The position numbers and the translations under genes were made by a program. A stretch of DNA of 63,983 nt, the filler included, from Dimargaris cristalligena (taxonomy: Eukaryota), in the NCBI GenBank assembly GCA_003614675.1. It is 17 parts of 17 records of this genome, joined end to end, with 100 filler letters (N's around TTAATTAATTAA, not from the genome) between each part and the next. Parts side by side here need not be neighbours in the genome. Positions count along the whole stretch, not along the records: positions 49,676 to 53,337 come from ML003892.1; positions 53,438 to 57,097 come from ML003893.1; positions 57,198 to 60,855 come from ML003894.1; positions 60,956 to 63,983 come from ML004026.1; 13 more parts are not named here. The stretch is one strand, 5' to 3'. The notes beneath the pieces are model-generated. The model was not told the origin of the DNA and searched no databases. It saw only the letters and a program-made list of their open reading frames with translations. Below, in pieces: positions 50,640 through 62,100 of this stretch (the first letter of the stretch is position 1; each line of letters starts with the position of its first letter).

Positions 50640-51425
50640 ATGAAGGGTCAGTATACTGCTTTGATTGTTATGGCTCTGGTTGGTGCACATGCCTTCCCGC
50701 AGTCTACCGACGTTACCCAGGTCCAGCAGGTCGATAGTTCCGCCAACACGGAAGCCAGTCCCGGATTTATGAACAGAATGATGAGTACTGTCACCCGCCC
50801 GTTTACCAGTATTAAAAACTCATTTTCCAGCAAACCAGCCGTAGAATTCCCCGAATCTAATATACCTACGGAATGTTTTTTGTTATACAACACGGAGAAT
50901 AAGGGTCTTAAAGCCAAGTGGCGTACGACTACTCAAAAGCTTAGTAGTTTCACCAGTAAGTTCGGATTCGGAAACCAGGCTACTACCGACCCTACAGCCA
51001 CCGATGCCGCCCCCGGGGAATTCGATTCCGTAGTTCTAAGGAAAATAAAGGATGTATTTGAACAAGTTAACGAAGGTGACAATGACGAGCTTCTGACTAA
51101 AGAGCCCGTTCCGTCCGACGGATCCCAGTTGTCCACGTACGCCCTGTTGCCCACCGAAACAGGTACCTTCGCCATTAAGATCATGACAATGCTCCAGATT
51201 TCCTTCTTTAACAACTACTCCGCCGGCGCCAAGGGCGAAAAAGTACGCTACATTAGTCTCGATAGCACAAAGAGTGAGCACACTCGCATTATGGATACCT
51301 GTTTCGGCCCAGCTCTGCCGAATAATGAGGTATCCTCCATCTCCGAGGGTGATGCTCTTCCCTACATGGGGGGTTCAGAAGATGACTTTCCCTACATGAG
51401 GGTCGCAAACGATAACCTTCAGTAA
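50640..51425 (+). CDS. Secreted hypothetical protein (261 aa)
   Basis: ACCATG context, signal peptide MKGQYTALIVMALVGAHA, intact single-exon ORF, TATAAATAG at about 50378, pyrimidine-rich leader. Confidence 0.8.
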   Translation: MKGQYTALIVMALVGAHAFPQSTDVTQVQQVDSSANTEASPGFMNRMMSTVTRPFTSIKNSFSSKPAVEFPESNIPTECFLLYNTENKGLKAKWRTTTQKLSSFTSKFGFGNQATTDPTATDAAPGEFDSVVLRKIKDVFEQVNEGDNDELLTKEPVPSDGSQLSTYALLPTETGTFAIKIMTMLQISFFNNYSAGAKGEKVRYISLDSTKSEHTRIMDTCFGPALPNNEVSSISEGDALPYMGGSEDDFPYMRVANDNLQ

Positions 51426-52870
51426 CCATAGATCGCTCAACTAAGGATATGGTGCTGTCTTTTGGATAGGTGAGTTCAGATTCTTGCCCCAATCCAAAGC
51501 CCCTGGACATCCCCCCACCGTTTAGGCTAAACTGTGTGGACATTTTAGTCCTGTCCCGACCCGGACTTTCGCCTCTTATATCACCATTGTAATAGCTATA
51601 AAGTTTTAGGCTAATTTAAATCCCATTGAGCTATGTCTTCTCATTTCTCCCTATAATTTAGTTTTCTGTAGAAATGAATAAGTGAAGCAGATCGAATAGA
51701 TCGATTTCAATTTTTTATTTATTATTTTTTCTATAGAATTTTCAAATTTCTACACCAAGGATTTACTAAGGCTATCCCTATAAAATTAATAACACCAATG
51801 TAAATGTTGAACTTCATGTCCAAATTATTCGAGCTCAGGCCGCCTTTACATTCAACTGTATGTCTAATTAGACAGTTAATATCTGCTGGGCTGAATTAAA
51901 GCTGCTGCGAGTCATAAAACGGTGCGGACACATAATAAAAATTATTATAGTGACAACACAAATTGAAGCCATAGTTTTTTGTGCTTTTGTGAACAGCAAC
52001 CTGCTCAAGGTACCGCTTATGTTCCTCAAAATACATGAGTGTAAAATTAACGGCGTTGTTAATTTTAGGGCATAGGAGAACTTTGATAGCTCATATTAAT
52101 AATTGTAAAACTAGATGGTGAAGACCGGATGCAACAGGATTAAAGTCCCACGAGACGATAATAAATTACTACCTTATAATAAAATCTTAACATCACTTTG
52201 ACGGTACTATACTAAATGGGTATTTCAGGGCGATGTTGACAAACGACTATTAAATATAGGTTAGTTGGATAATGTCATTTTAAGTATTAGTTTTTTAAAC
52301 ATAGTATTGTCCGATTCTGATATATACCATTTACAATCAATTATTGCATATCCGACGAAAACTGCCATCCCTTTGGTTCGGCCGGTACAATAATACTGCC
52401 AAGGGTCGCGGGCTGGCTAATAAGATTGTAATCTTAGATATAATGGCACAGCATTGAGCGATGGTGGCGGTGGGAGCAGTGGTGACCCTCAGGTTACCCG
52501 CAGAGCGCCATAAAATTGGGGTCAGTATCCTCCTAAGGGACCCACCTATTTTCCCAGGATTCTTACCAATATTCTTCCCAGGCCATGCCCTCAGGTAACA
52601 CGAGGCTCATATCAATACGTTGACTTGGTACCCCTCAGCCTAGCAGCAAATACCCCAACGTAATAGAAAAATACTTTTGAATACCCATCTCTTTCAGTAC
52701 CCCCACCCTAGAGCGACATTAATTGTATGTATATGTCCCCCCCTCTATTCTTCCCATTGATTTTAAGCCCGGTTGACGGACCTCCCAACTCTAATAGTAC
52801 CGATCCTATAGACTCATGTGGGATACTCGAGCAATCGAATTTGGCAATGGGTAAAAATACCCGGGTTTAT

Positions 52871-53337
52871 TTAAAGTACCTCAATATTTTGGACGTATCC
52901 AATCGCCCAAATAGCATCGATATAATTGATAAACGATCTAATTTCAATGAGATTATTCCAGGAGTCGTAGTTGGTTAGATCGAAGCAAATGTCACTTCCA
53001 TTCAGACCGTCAATTATATGGTCGCGTCCGTCGGCTTTTTCTTCTTCATTGGTGCCAGTAACGTGTATCTTGATGAGTTTACTATCAGGTGCGCTGGGAT
53101 CGCACACCGTCGGAGTGGCAGTGGCTGCGGGGGCAACAGAGGTCGTCGTTACGAGTGGTTCTTCTGCGCTGGTGGATGTTTCCGGCGCGAGGTTAGTAGT
53201 GGTGACTACGTCATCAGTGGCGGCGCTGCTGCTTTCGTAGGGGTTGGGGTTCACAGTAGAGTCCGTCGCAATATCGTTGGTAGTGGTGGTGGTGCTCTCG
53301 TACGGGTTGGGACTCACGGTAGAGTCAGTGACAATGT
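52871..53337 (-). CDS. Thr/Ser-rich (mucin-like) protein fragment with repeated DSTV[SN]PNPYES units; 5' truncated
   Basis: Two repeat units followed by a Cys-containing globular segment (VCDP...ICFDL). The true 3' end may be spliced. Confidence 0.6.
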
Positions 53338-54968
53338 NNNNNNNNNNNNNNNNNNNNNNNNNNNNNNNNNNNNNNNNNNNNTTAATTAATTAANNNNNNN
53401 NNNNNNNNNNNNNNNNNNNNNNNNNNNNNNNNNNNNNAAGACTGATATTTGGTGATGTTCTTCATCTTTTCTAAACTAAAAATGGTTTGGCCGGGATATG
53501 CTATTAGGGATTAAGCAGGCCCGGCCACAACATAGCCCAACCAGAAATAGACGTATATTATAAACTGCTACAAAACATGTATATATATCATAAAATCGGG
53601 TAACTATCGATATATCCTTAGTCCAGAGTGTAGATACAATTGTGCTATTTATTTGAGTGCCAACAAATCGTCACTTAAACGGCCCAATTGATAGATTCCC
53701 TAAGTAAAATTATGGAATCTGGTATATGCCATTTAACGACAAATTTTAGACGGTATCGGATATCCAGTAGTACGAACAATAAGTTGGTGGGAAATAGGAT
53801 AATGGCCCAGTTGAGGCAGACTCCCATTGCGAGAGTTTACTGTTCGAAAGGTATGGGTGACTAGGCCAGTAATGAAGTTTGGGTATTGAAGGGCGAAGAG
53901 AAAATGTATAATCCGCCATTGGGTTAAGAGGTACCCCTGCCCTCCCCTTAAGTCGAATGGTAAATTATACTTGATTCGCCCATATTTTGTCGAGGTGACC
54001 ATTAGAGGAAGTATACCCCAAACTACTCATATTAATACAAAGATTCTGTGGTTCTAGGAAACCATTGCTTTCCCAAGTGGGTAATACTATTTCCGCTTGC
54101 TGCCAGCTAACTGAAGGGCTATAGTCTGTTCCAAGGAAGGGTGGTTGGAGGCAATTGAGTCAATGGCTAATCAACTCAGGCTTGCAAGAGAACCAACTCT
54201 AAGAAAAAGATATGGTAAACCCCTATTAAGAAAATTCGGCATATGGTGCGAATGCAGAGATAATTTACTCATACTCCCCCGATCATCTTTCTCTCCATCT
54301 GAATGAAAAATATTTACTAGCCTACTTCAACGCCAGTGAAAATACAGTTGGGGCTACCAATTGTCTATTCAAATTAGTCATGGCATTAGTCTTTCCGATT
54401 CAAAGATTAGCGTTGCTCGAACCCCTGATGAACAAGTAGTCGTGGTAATGTTTGTTATACACAGGCATTGCACACCATTCTCAAGAGTATTTCACTTCGG
54501 ATACAATGAATAGTTAACATCATTATGTCAAAAATATAGGGGATGGGTGCTCCATGACCATCGGCAGTATCTCCTTCAGGTACCTTTAATTTTGGTTGAC
54601 AGTCGCATTACAGAACGTGCCGGAGAGTACTCTCTTTGAGTCCTCAGGCCGGCTCCATTATATAATTCGATTGTATCCTTCTATTGACCGAAAGCTGGGG
54701 GGCGGGGAGTGGTAATGGGGCGTAGGGAGTAGGGAACAAATTCCCTACACAGTCTCGCATTTCCTCCGCACCGCTTTACCTTTGCTATTATAAATAGTCA
54801 CCGGTCTTGGTGCTATTGACTGCATCCACTTCTGCCCAGTTCATCCCAACCTCTTGTTGCAGCCAACTGGCTGACTATGTACTTCACCGCTACCTAATCA
54901 CTCACACCAAACTTCTTTCCTCACAGGTACCATTATATATTAACACGGAATTGATTGCCCTGGGTCTA

Positions 54969-55495
54969 ATGACCGTGGCTGTACCGGCCCTATTCGCTGC
55001 TAGTCTCGGAGTCGCACTGGCCATGCTGGTTCAATGTAGCCCCTCAGCCGCTTGCCCTCGGACTGACTGCAGAAACCATGGCCCCGGGATTCAGGAAAGC
55101 CAAACAATCATACAGGTGTTCAATACCAACTGTAAGGCCGCCAAGGCCGCTCTGGAAGAATGAATGCACGAGAAGGTTGTCCAGACCAATCAAAGTGACT
55201 ATCCTGGGGCGTAATGTGTCAATTTTAAAAAGCCGAGTTGACCAGGTTACTCTGCGCTAGACTGCTACCCCAGGACCGTCAAGATGAAGCTGCAGGGCCC
55301 AACCAGCTCAAGGCCTCTCATATCCCCCAACGCAATTCGGAACCCGAGTGTATCAATTGCACCAATTACTGCATAGGCGATAATTGTGTAGACAAATGCT
55401 GTTGCTGTCCCTTTAATTGGTTTTTCGAGGGCTGCCTGCCTTGTTGTATTGTGTCCATTTATAATGACATGTGTGGGTGGATGCTGTCCATATAG
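54969..55495 (+). pseudogene. Disrupted secreted protein gene with a Cys-rich C-terminal tail
   Basis: Signal-like MTVAVPALFAASLGVALAMLVQC, stop at 55163, and in another frame CINCTNYCIGDNCVDKCCCCPFNWFFEGCLPCC. TATAAATAG at about 54789. Confidence 0.4.
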
Positions 55496-57028
55496 TGTCT
55501 CCCGGAATTCCATGATCAATTACCAGTGTTAGATATTACACCCCACGCATAATTAATCCAAAAATCCTATATGTAGCTTGATTTTATCCCACCAACGTCC
55601 ATTTCAACTATTTCTCTTCTATCATTGTTAATGCCGCTGGTATTTTCAGAGAACTTTGGTCATCACAATACCCTATTCCCCCTCACCCACCGGTAAGCAT
55701 GGGTTCCAGCACCCCCAAATCCGGCCTGTCTGTATTCTTGAGGAACCTTATACCTGCAATCTGGGGACCCTCTAAGTGGGTGGCTAAAATAGCTGGAGAA
55801 GGAAGCCAAGGTCATTCTGTGTATACCGAAGTCTAATACCCCAAAAGTAGAATAACCCAGTGCTATAAATTAATAGACCCACTTTGTAATATTTGAGTTG
55901 CCACTGACTATCAGAATATTAAATAATCTATCAGTTGGTCAGTTGGGTAGTATTAGGAATAGGAATAGAAATAGGCAAATGTCAGTCCAACTAGATTATA
56001 ATAGTTACCTTTTGCATTGTCAATTATCTTATATATATTCACTCCCCAATTGTAAAAAATAAAAAACGGTATACAATGATGATATCCACGGCTTTTATAT
56101 AACTCATTTTCTTGTTTTCTCTTCCAGTGTATTTGCTAGACAAATCAGATGAAATGGTTAGCATGTCCGTGTGGTTACGTAAGTTAGAGATTCACAGGTG
56201 TGTGAGTGTACTTACACTTTGGTGAATATCAGTATATATTGGCCAAGCATTCAAATGAGGCCCACATTCAGCCCAGACTGCCCAATTGACGTATTCACCC
56301 AACAACCTTGGGCATTTTTGTGTAAATGAAGCATAGTTATATGCATGCACATATAGTTGTGGATAGTGGCTCGCATAACATCTGTAATTGGCTAAACACA
56401 TCATTCAGGGGGTGGGTCATTAGAACTCCTCAGCCAAGGCAGCCATTACATAGATTAATACTAGTTACCTAATTCATGTTCTCGCCACTGCCAGATTCAC
56501 AATGTGTATGTTCATTTACAAGTAAACCCGGATATGCAAAAAATTAAGTAAAAAATGGCAAATGAGAAAGTTCGGGAAGGAAACTCATTAATTCCAAAAT
56601 GCTTTATGTAATGGTAGTACTGCAGAGACAGGTATCCAATGGACAGAATAAGTGGTGGTTGGTTTGGGAGGGACTGTGTTGCTGGAATTTAAAGAAGTAC
56701 TCGCCTGCCAATACTCTAGATAGCCCCAGTTAAAATTGAAGGCTTACAGTCTATTCAGGGCTCTGTAGGCTATCCAAAATTTACCTGTGGACTAGTCAAA
56801 CTTGTGGGTGAGAGTGAGGAAAAGAGAGGGTGATGAATAATAAATAACTACTCACTTCAAACTAGTCTGTATACCCCATGCTCTAGTTGATGGCTGGAAT
56901 GAACCCATATTCATAGTGGTGTCAGGCCCCCTTTGACTATCTTCTAAGGCATTCTTTCCCTGATATGGATGTTCCAGAGGGGCAGCATGTGGGCTTAAAA
57001 GCCTGCATATATTAGACCGGATAGAGAG

Positions 57029-57097
57029 TGTGGTGAACTTACCACATTTTTTACCTACTTTTATTTTTTATCTATTTTTCGCACTTATCGGAAGTAT
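57029..57097 (+). mobile_element. LTR family 2, 5' end
   Basis: TGTGGTGAACTTACCACA... matches 39202. Confidence 0.75.
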
Positions 57098-57197
57098 NNN
57101 NNNNNNNNNNNNNNNNNNNNNNNNNNNNNNNNNNNNNNNNNTTAATTAATTAANNNNNNNNNNNNNNNNNNNNNNNNNNNNNNNNNNNNNNNNNNNN

Positions 57198-57389
57198 AAT
57201 CTTCTGGGACCTTCTCTCCCTTTCTCTATTATTCATCTATCTTTTCATTTAGGCTTCCTTTTTTGAGTATAAATACTCCCCCTTACTGCCACCTTTTGGG
57301 ACAGTAAGTCTATCATCACCTTTCCTTTCTTATCATCTATTTTTTCAAATAAAGTTCAGTTTTCAAGGATTTGATTTCAGTTCTTTACA
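57198..57389 (+). mobile_element. LTR family 2, 3' part, inserted into Copia gag
   Basis: Contains TATAAATA and AATAAA, and ends TTCTTTACA directly against the gag frame. Confidence 0.8.
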
Positions 57390-57721
57390 GAGGCCTTATT
57401 TGAGTTAAAAGCACTAGCCAGGGTACTCCATATTGCATTTACAGATGGGCAGGACCTGATAGTTGGAAGAATATCAGCAGTGACAGAGGCTTGGATCTTG
57501 AGCTTGGCTAGGTGGTCTTTCTTATACTAAAACTTGGTGGAATCGAACTTAACCTTCTCATCTTCAGTAGTGATAATGAGGGTTGAAAAGGGGGCTTCAA
57601 CAACTTCCCAGAGGTCATCCAAGTCAAGGTGACTTTGTATTTAGATGATCCAGTTGTTATAGTTTGTACTAGTAAAGGTTGGAAGAGGGGTGAGATTCTT
57701 TGGAAAGAATTAGCTAATCAT
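57390..57721 (-). pseudogene. gag: Ty1/Copia gag relic (UBN2/gag_2-type) with three premature stops
   Basis: My translation: MIS*FFPKNLTPLPTFTSTNYNNWII*IQSHLDLDDLWEVVE...KF*YKKDHLAKLKIQASVTADILPTIRSCPSVNAIWSTLASAF. This fits the Copia gag pattern NY..W...L...LW..V...D..A...I.....W..L...F. Confidence 0.85.
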
Positions 57722-58033
57722 TGGATGGATGGATAGTTTTTAATAGTTTTTAAAGGGTTTCAAAGGAATCCACTAGTAGTAGGATATATGAAAATACCCA
57801 AAACTAGATAGATGGTTATGGTTAAAGACTTAAAAGTATCTGTAGATAGATAAAAGAGACAGATTAAGTCAATGGATAAAAATAAAGTAAAGTAAATTTA
57901 AAAGTTTGTGCTAGCTGCAAAGGCACAAATATACAATTGACCGGGACTAATGCACTATTCTGTAAGGATATGTAAGCAGTCAATGTACATATGCACAATT
58001 ATTTCAAAGATAAAAGGATAAATGTATATAAGT

Positions 58034-58046
58034 AGAGCTTATAACC
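58034..58046 (-). promoter_or_regulatory. Copia primer-binding site (internal tRNA-iMet type)
   Basis: Minus strand GGTTATAAGCTCT immediately follows the LTR. The copia/Ty5-type PBS is GGTTATGRGCCC. Confidence 0.7.
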
Positions 58047-58269
58047 TATTAGAATACTAAGGACTTAAAGGAAATAAAACTAGAAGAAAGGGAAGAAAGC
58101 AGCTGGAGGACAGTAGGTGCCTCTAGGTAGTTAGTTTTATTGAACTGTAATTTTTGATGGGGTGAAATATAAGTGGCTAACATAAATGATCTCATGATAG
58201 CAGAACAAACTAATATAATTGGATAAAATAGGATAGGATAAAGAACATGTAGGAACATATTCTTCAATA
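58047..58269 (-). mobile_element. 5' LTR (family 3) of the Copia relic
   Basis: 223 bp, homologous to 11930-12154. Termini are mutated from TGTT/AACA to TATT/AATA. Confidence 0.85.
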
Positions 58270-59764
58270 GGCCAAGCATGGGGGGGTAGTTTACTGGGTA
58301 GTAGGATCCAAGAAGTAAAGTAGACTAGTCACTAGTTTAGGATTAAAATATATAATATTTGTATATTATGTAATGATAATCCCAGATTTTCAGTTAGTCA
58401 GTGTGGTTTTGTTAATTATTATTGTTTGTTAATTTTCTTGAGATCTTGCATCATTTCATATCACATCCATTCTGTATATATCTTGCACAACTCTTAGCAA
58501 TAGAATACTCTATTCATTGAAAAGATGTCTCTTGTGTTGCTAATAATTTAAGGGGCTCTACTGGTTTGCCTTTGGGAGAGTCAGTAGGAGGGGGAACCTC
58601 CAGTTTCTTTACACTGGACAGGTCACCATATGTTGTCATATAGTGTGGAGGGTTGGACTTTGCTGGGTTTGAGGGGGTTGAGACTGGGGTGGCCTTGGGG
58701 AAGTGGCCACTGAGTTCCTGGTTGTCCATTGCATCATATGTCATTGTCTTGCATCATTGGTTGTTAAGAAAAAATAAAATAAGAATGTTATAAGAAAAAC
58801 ATTATAATCAAACAGTATAATCAATTTGGTAGTCAGAGATACCAAAACTTCGAACTAAAGATATAATAATAGAATAAAGTAAGATAGGAAATAGTGATAA
58901 TAGTAATCATGTAAAACTGGGTATAGGGTAATTTGTTGGTGTCATCTGGTGAAGTTAAAACAGATATTTATTCATTTATCTCAAAACTAACTTGTCCCTT
59001 CAACTGAGGGGACACTGTGGCAAGGTGGAGTGTCCCCTTGATTGCCACACATATGAATTATTACTATTTGATTATTATATTTATATACAAGGTATGAAGT
59101 GGCTTTTTTGTCTGGTATATCCAGTTTTTTTCCCCTTCCCTTTTAACCCATTCTTTCCATATGATTTTTTCCTTTAAATTATATACTTATTCCTATTGGT
59201 GGATGCATGCTATCCCTACAATTGGATATGCATATTCATGCTTAATTACTAGTGGTTATTTGATTCTATTCTCTCTCTTCTTTTATTAGTTTTACTATAT
59301 GAATTCATTATTTACTTTTAATTGGTTATGCAGGTTCACTGCAGGCCCATTGGCTTTAATAATTCTGTCTTACACAGAGAATAGCTTGGTACTCTTAGCT
59401 ATAGAGCTAAAAGTCTTGGCATTTTTTAAAGGATAATATGTACTAGTGATGCAGGTGATCAGGCCATGCATGCAAGCAATCGGTAATGCATTAGTGCACA
59501 TATTTTTGCATATAAGGGAAACTTTTTCCCTTCTTTTTTTCTGTGTGTCATTTGCTTTGTATCAATTTTTGGGTACCAATTTTCTTCTATCTTTTACTTT
59601 ACAATAAACCACCTTTACTATTACTTTGGATTTCTTGGATTTTATATACCTTTGAAAGTTGTGGTTGCTAAGGAAATGGTCCTTTTAAGCTTCCAAACTG
59701 GTATGATTTTACTTGGTTTAAACTGGTCTTTTTTATTAAAAGTATTTTATATTGAATTTTTATC

Positions 59765-59860
59765 TGAGTGACAAACCAGTTCACCTGGAGAAGCCACCCT
59801 GCCCTTTTGATATATTTTTTGTTGTTCATTTTAGTGGCCTGACACCACCACACTGTGACA
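59765..59860. repeat. Dispersed repeat, copy of 38333-38427
   Basis: Near-identical 95 bp ending CACTGTGACA. Confidence 0.75.
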
Positions 59861-60956
59861 ATTCTATGAAGATATATATAAGAAATCAACCAAACTAAAT
59901 AACTATAGCCAAGAGTAAAGCTGTGATAACTGTAGGTCATAAAAAACCTAAAAATAGGGGGAAAATTGACCTACTGGCTAAACTATGGTCATAAATAGGT
60001 TAAAGGGAAGTAAAATATAGAAATTGGAAGGTTGGAAGATACAGTTTTCCTAGTCCTCCTTCATATTGGATATTGATAAAACTAATAAAAGGAATTCATG
60101 CTAAGAAGTTGTATGGTATAATTCCAAGAAGGAATCCACCAGAGGCTAGTTATTCCCAAGCCCCACTCATAAAGGATCATCAATAGCATAAAAGTAGTGA
60201 TATGAGGTGGTCAATTATCATGGTTTTTAGAATCACCATTGATTTTGACAAACTATAACTTCATCAATAATAGACGGAAAAGCAAATGAAAATATGATTT
60301 GGAAAGCTAAACAAAAAGAGAATCAGCTAGAATAAAGAAATAAAATAACACTCTCAGCCCCGGACTGTTCCCATGGAAATAACTTGTCAATCATCCGGGG
60401 ACCTTGAATCCATCCAAAGTATGACTACTTCTTGGATTAGTAATGGGTACTGGGGTTTACGCAGCCTCTGCCCAACTGCCCACAGCAGCACATCTGGCAC
60501 CTATTATTGGAGTAACCACAGATTCTCTTAATTATAATCTGAGATAGACTAAAGATGAAGTTTATTTTAAGATAGATAGAAGTAAGAAAGAACTGCAAGA
60601 TGAGAATTAAGCTCATGGCAGTGGTATTTATTGGGTGTAGTTTCAACCAATAAGATCACTCAAAATACCCGATACAGTAAATGGTACTCGGGGGGGAGAT
60701 GCAGTCCAACATTCCCCTCAGTGAGCCTCAGGTGCCATCATAATAAGCCTGATGCAACGGGAAAAAGAGAAAGGGGAGAGTGGTTTAGTCAGGATGTCCG
60801 CCCTTTGCTCCTCACTTTTCACTTATTTCAAAATTATATTTTCTTTTCTTATGTGNNNNNNNNNNNNNNNNNNNNNNNNNNNNNNNNNNNNNNNNNNNNT
60901 TAATTAATTAANNNNNNNNNNNNNNNNNNNNNNNNNNNNNNNNNNNNNNNNNNNNC

Positions 60957-61343
60957 GCTTCCACCTTTTTCAACCAGCCCAAGGTCCCTACTATTGCGGA
61001 TCCCTTTTCGAAAGATACCCCTTCTACCAGTGAACCTCCGAAGTCCCAGTCCACTGAAATAGTACCGCCGGTATCTAGCCACATCTTTACCGCTAATACT
61101 ACATCCACGGCTAGTGCCCCTTCGAAATTAGAGCCGGCCCGGCTGGAAACCACTTCCTCCCAGTCTCCTTCGGCTTCCACGGGTGCTCCCGTTTTTACCT
61201 TCGAAGCACCAAGTTCCGATCACTCTCTGGCCCACCAACTCGCGCTTCCAGCTTCAATGGAAACAACGTTGGGGAAATTGAACCTTGCTGTGCGTAACCA
61301 ATGCAACCTCCCTAACTTTACCTTCCCCTCTCCCCTTCCCTGA
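60957..61343 (+). CDS. 3' end of a Ser/Thr/Pro-rich protein, possibly a nucleoporin-like tail
   Basis: Open frame of 128 codons from the contig start, with spaced Phe motifs (STFF, DPF, VFTF, LPNFTF), ending TGA at 61341-61343. Confidence 0.5.
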   Translation, partial: ASTFFNQPKVPTIADPFSKDTPSTSEPPKSQSTEIVPPVSSHIFTANTTSTASAPSKLEPARLETTSSQSPSASTGAPVFTFEAPSSDHSLAHQLALPASMETTLGKLNLAVRNQCNLPNFTFPSPLP

Positions 61344-62100
61344 ATTGCCCTTATGTTGCCTCCACATCTGCACATAGATCCCTTATAGTTATTCATTATA
61401 CGTACCCCACATTCATTATTCTCCACCGAAACTGGGCCCTACTCCCATTTCACTTGGCGTTTTTATTTTCTCTTCATCGGATTTTTCTCTTGTTATTTAA
61501 CATTTGGGTGTGGCCAACTATGACTATCCAACGTCCACTTAATTGGTATTCAAACAATTTTGCACTATACTATTAAGCATTTTTTATTATTATTATTTCA
61601 TTTTGCGAATGCCTTCAAAATAATTTTATAAGTATTTGTTCCTTTTTAAAAAAAAAAACAAAAAAAACAAAATGAATAATACATACTTGGCACTGTCGAC
61701 ACCGACTAAAATACCTCACTCTCCCCGCGATTGATACGCATTGATTGGCAAATACCGCGTCTTAATAATGTAAGGCGCTTTATGGTGTTTGATACAATGA
61801 TTTTCGTATTATGTATGGGTGTTTATTATATAAGTGTAGGCCCCACTCCACTTCCCTAACGGCATGGCTGGGTTCAATCTAATCTATAAAAACCTCGCTG
61901 TGCATAATTACGGGAACAAGTGGCGGTATCGAACTAAATAAAGTAGGCGGATCAGTTGCTTCCCGAACGAGAAAATGGTTAAGGTATTATTAGGAGGATG
62001 ATCCGAACGACCCGCGCTCCCAGCCAACCAATTTAGACGGCTGATCAGTGAAATTTACGGGTTAATTTCAGCCAGTGGGAGTGGAGGCGGAAAAATAAAA

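Noticed and set aside
57029-57389. One LTR2 spanning the gap between contigs 15 and 16
   Set aside because: Contigs are ordered by size, and the flanks (GAGAG versus GAGGC) do not form a TSD.
3788-60955. TTAATTAATTAA repeats and ORFs containing X runs
   Set aside because: These are artificial linkers.
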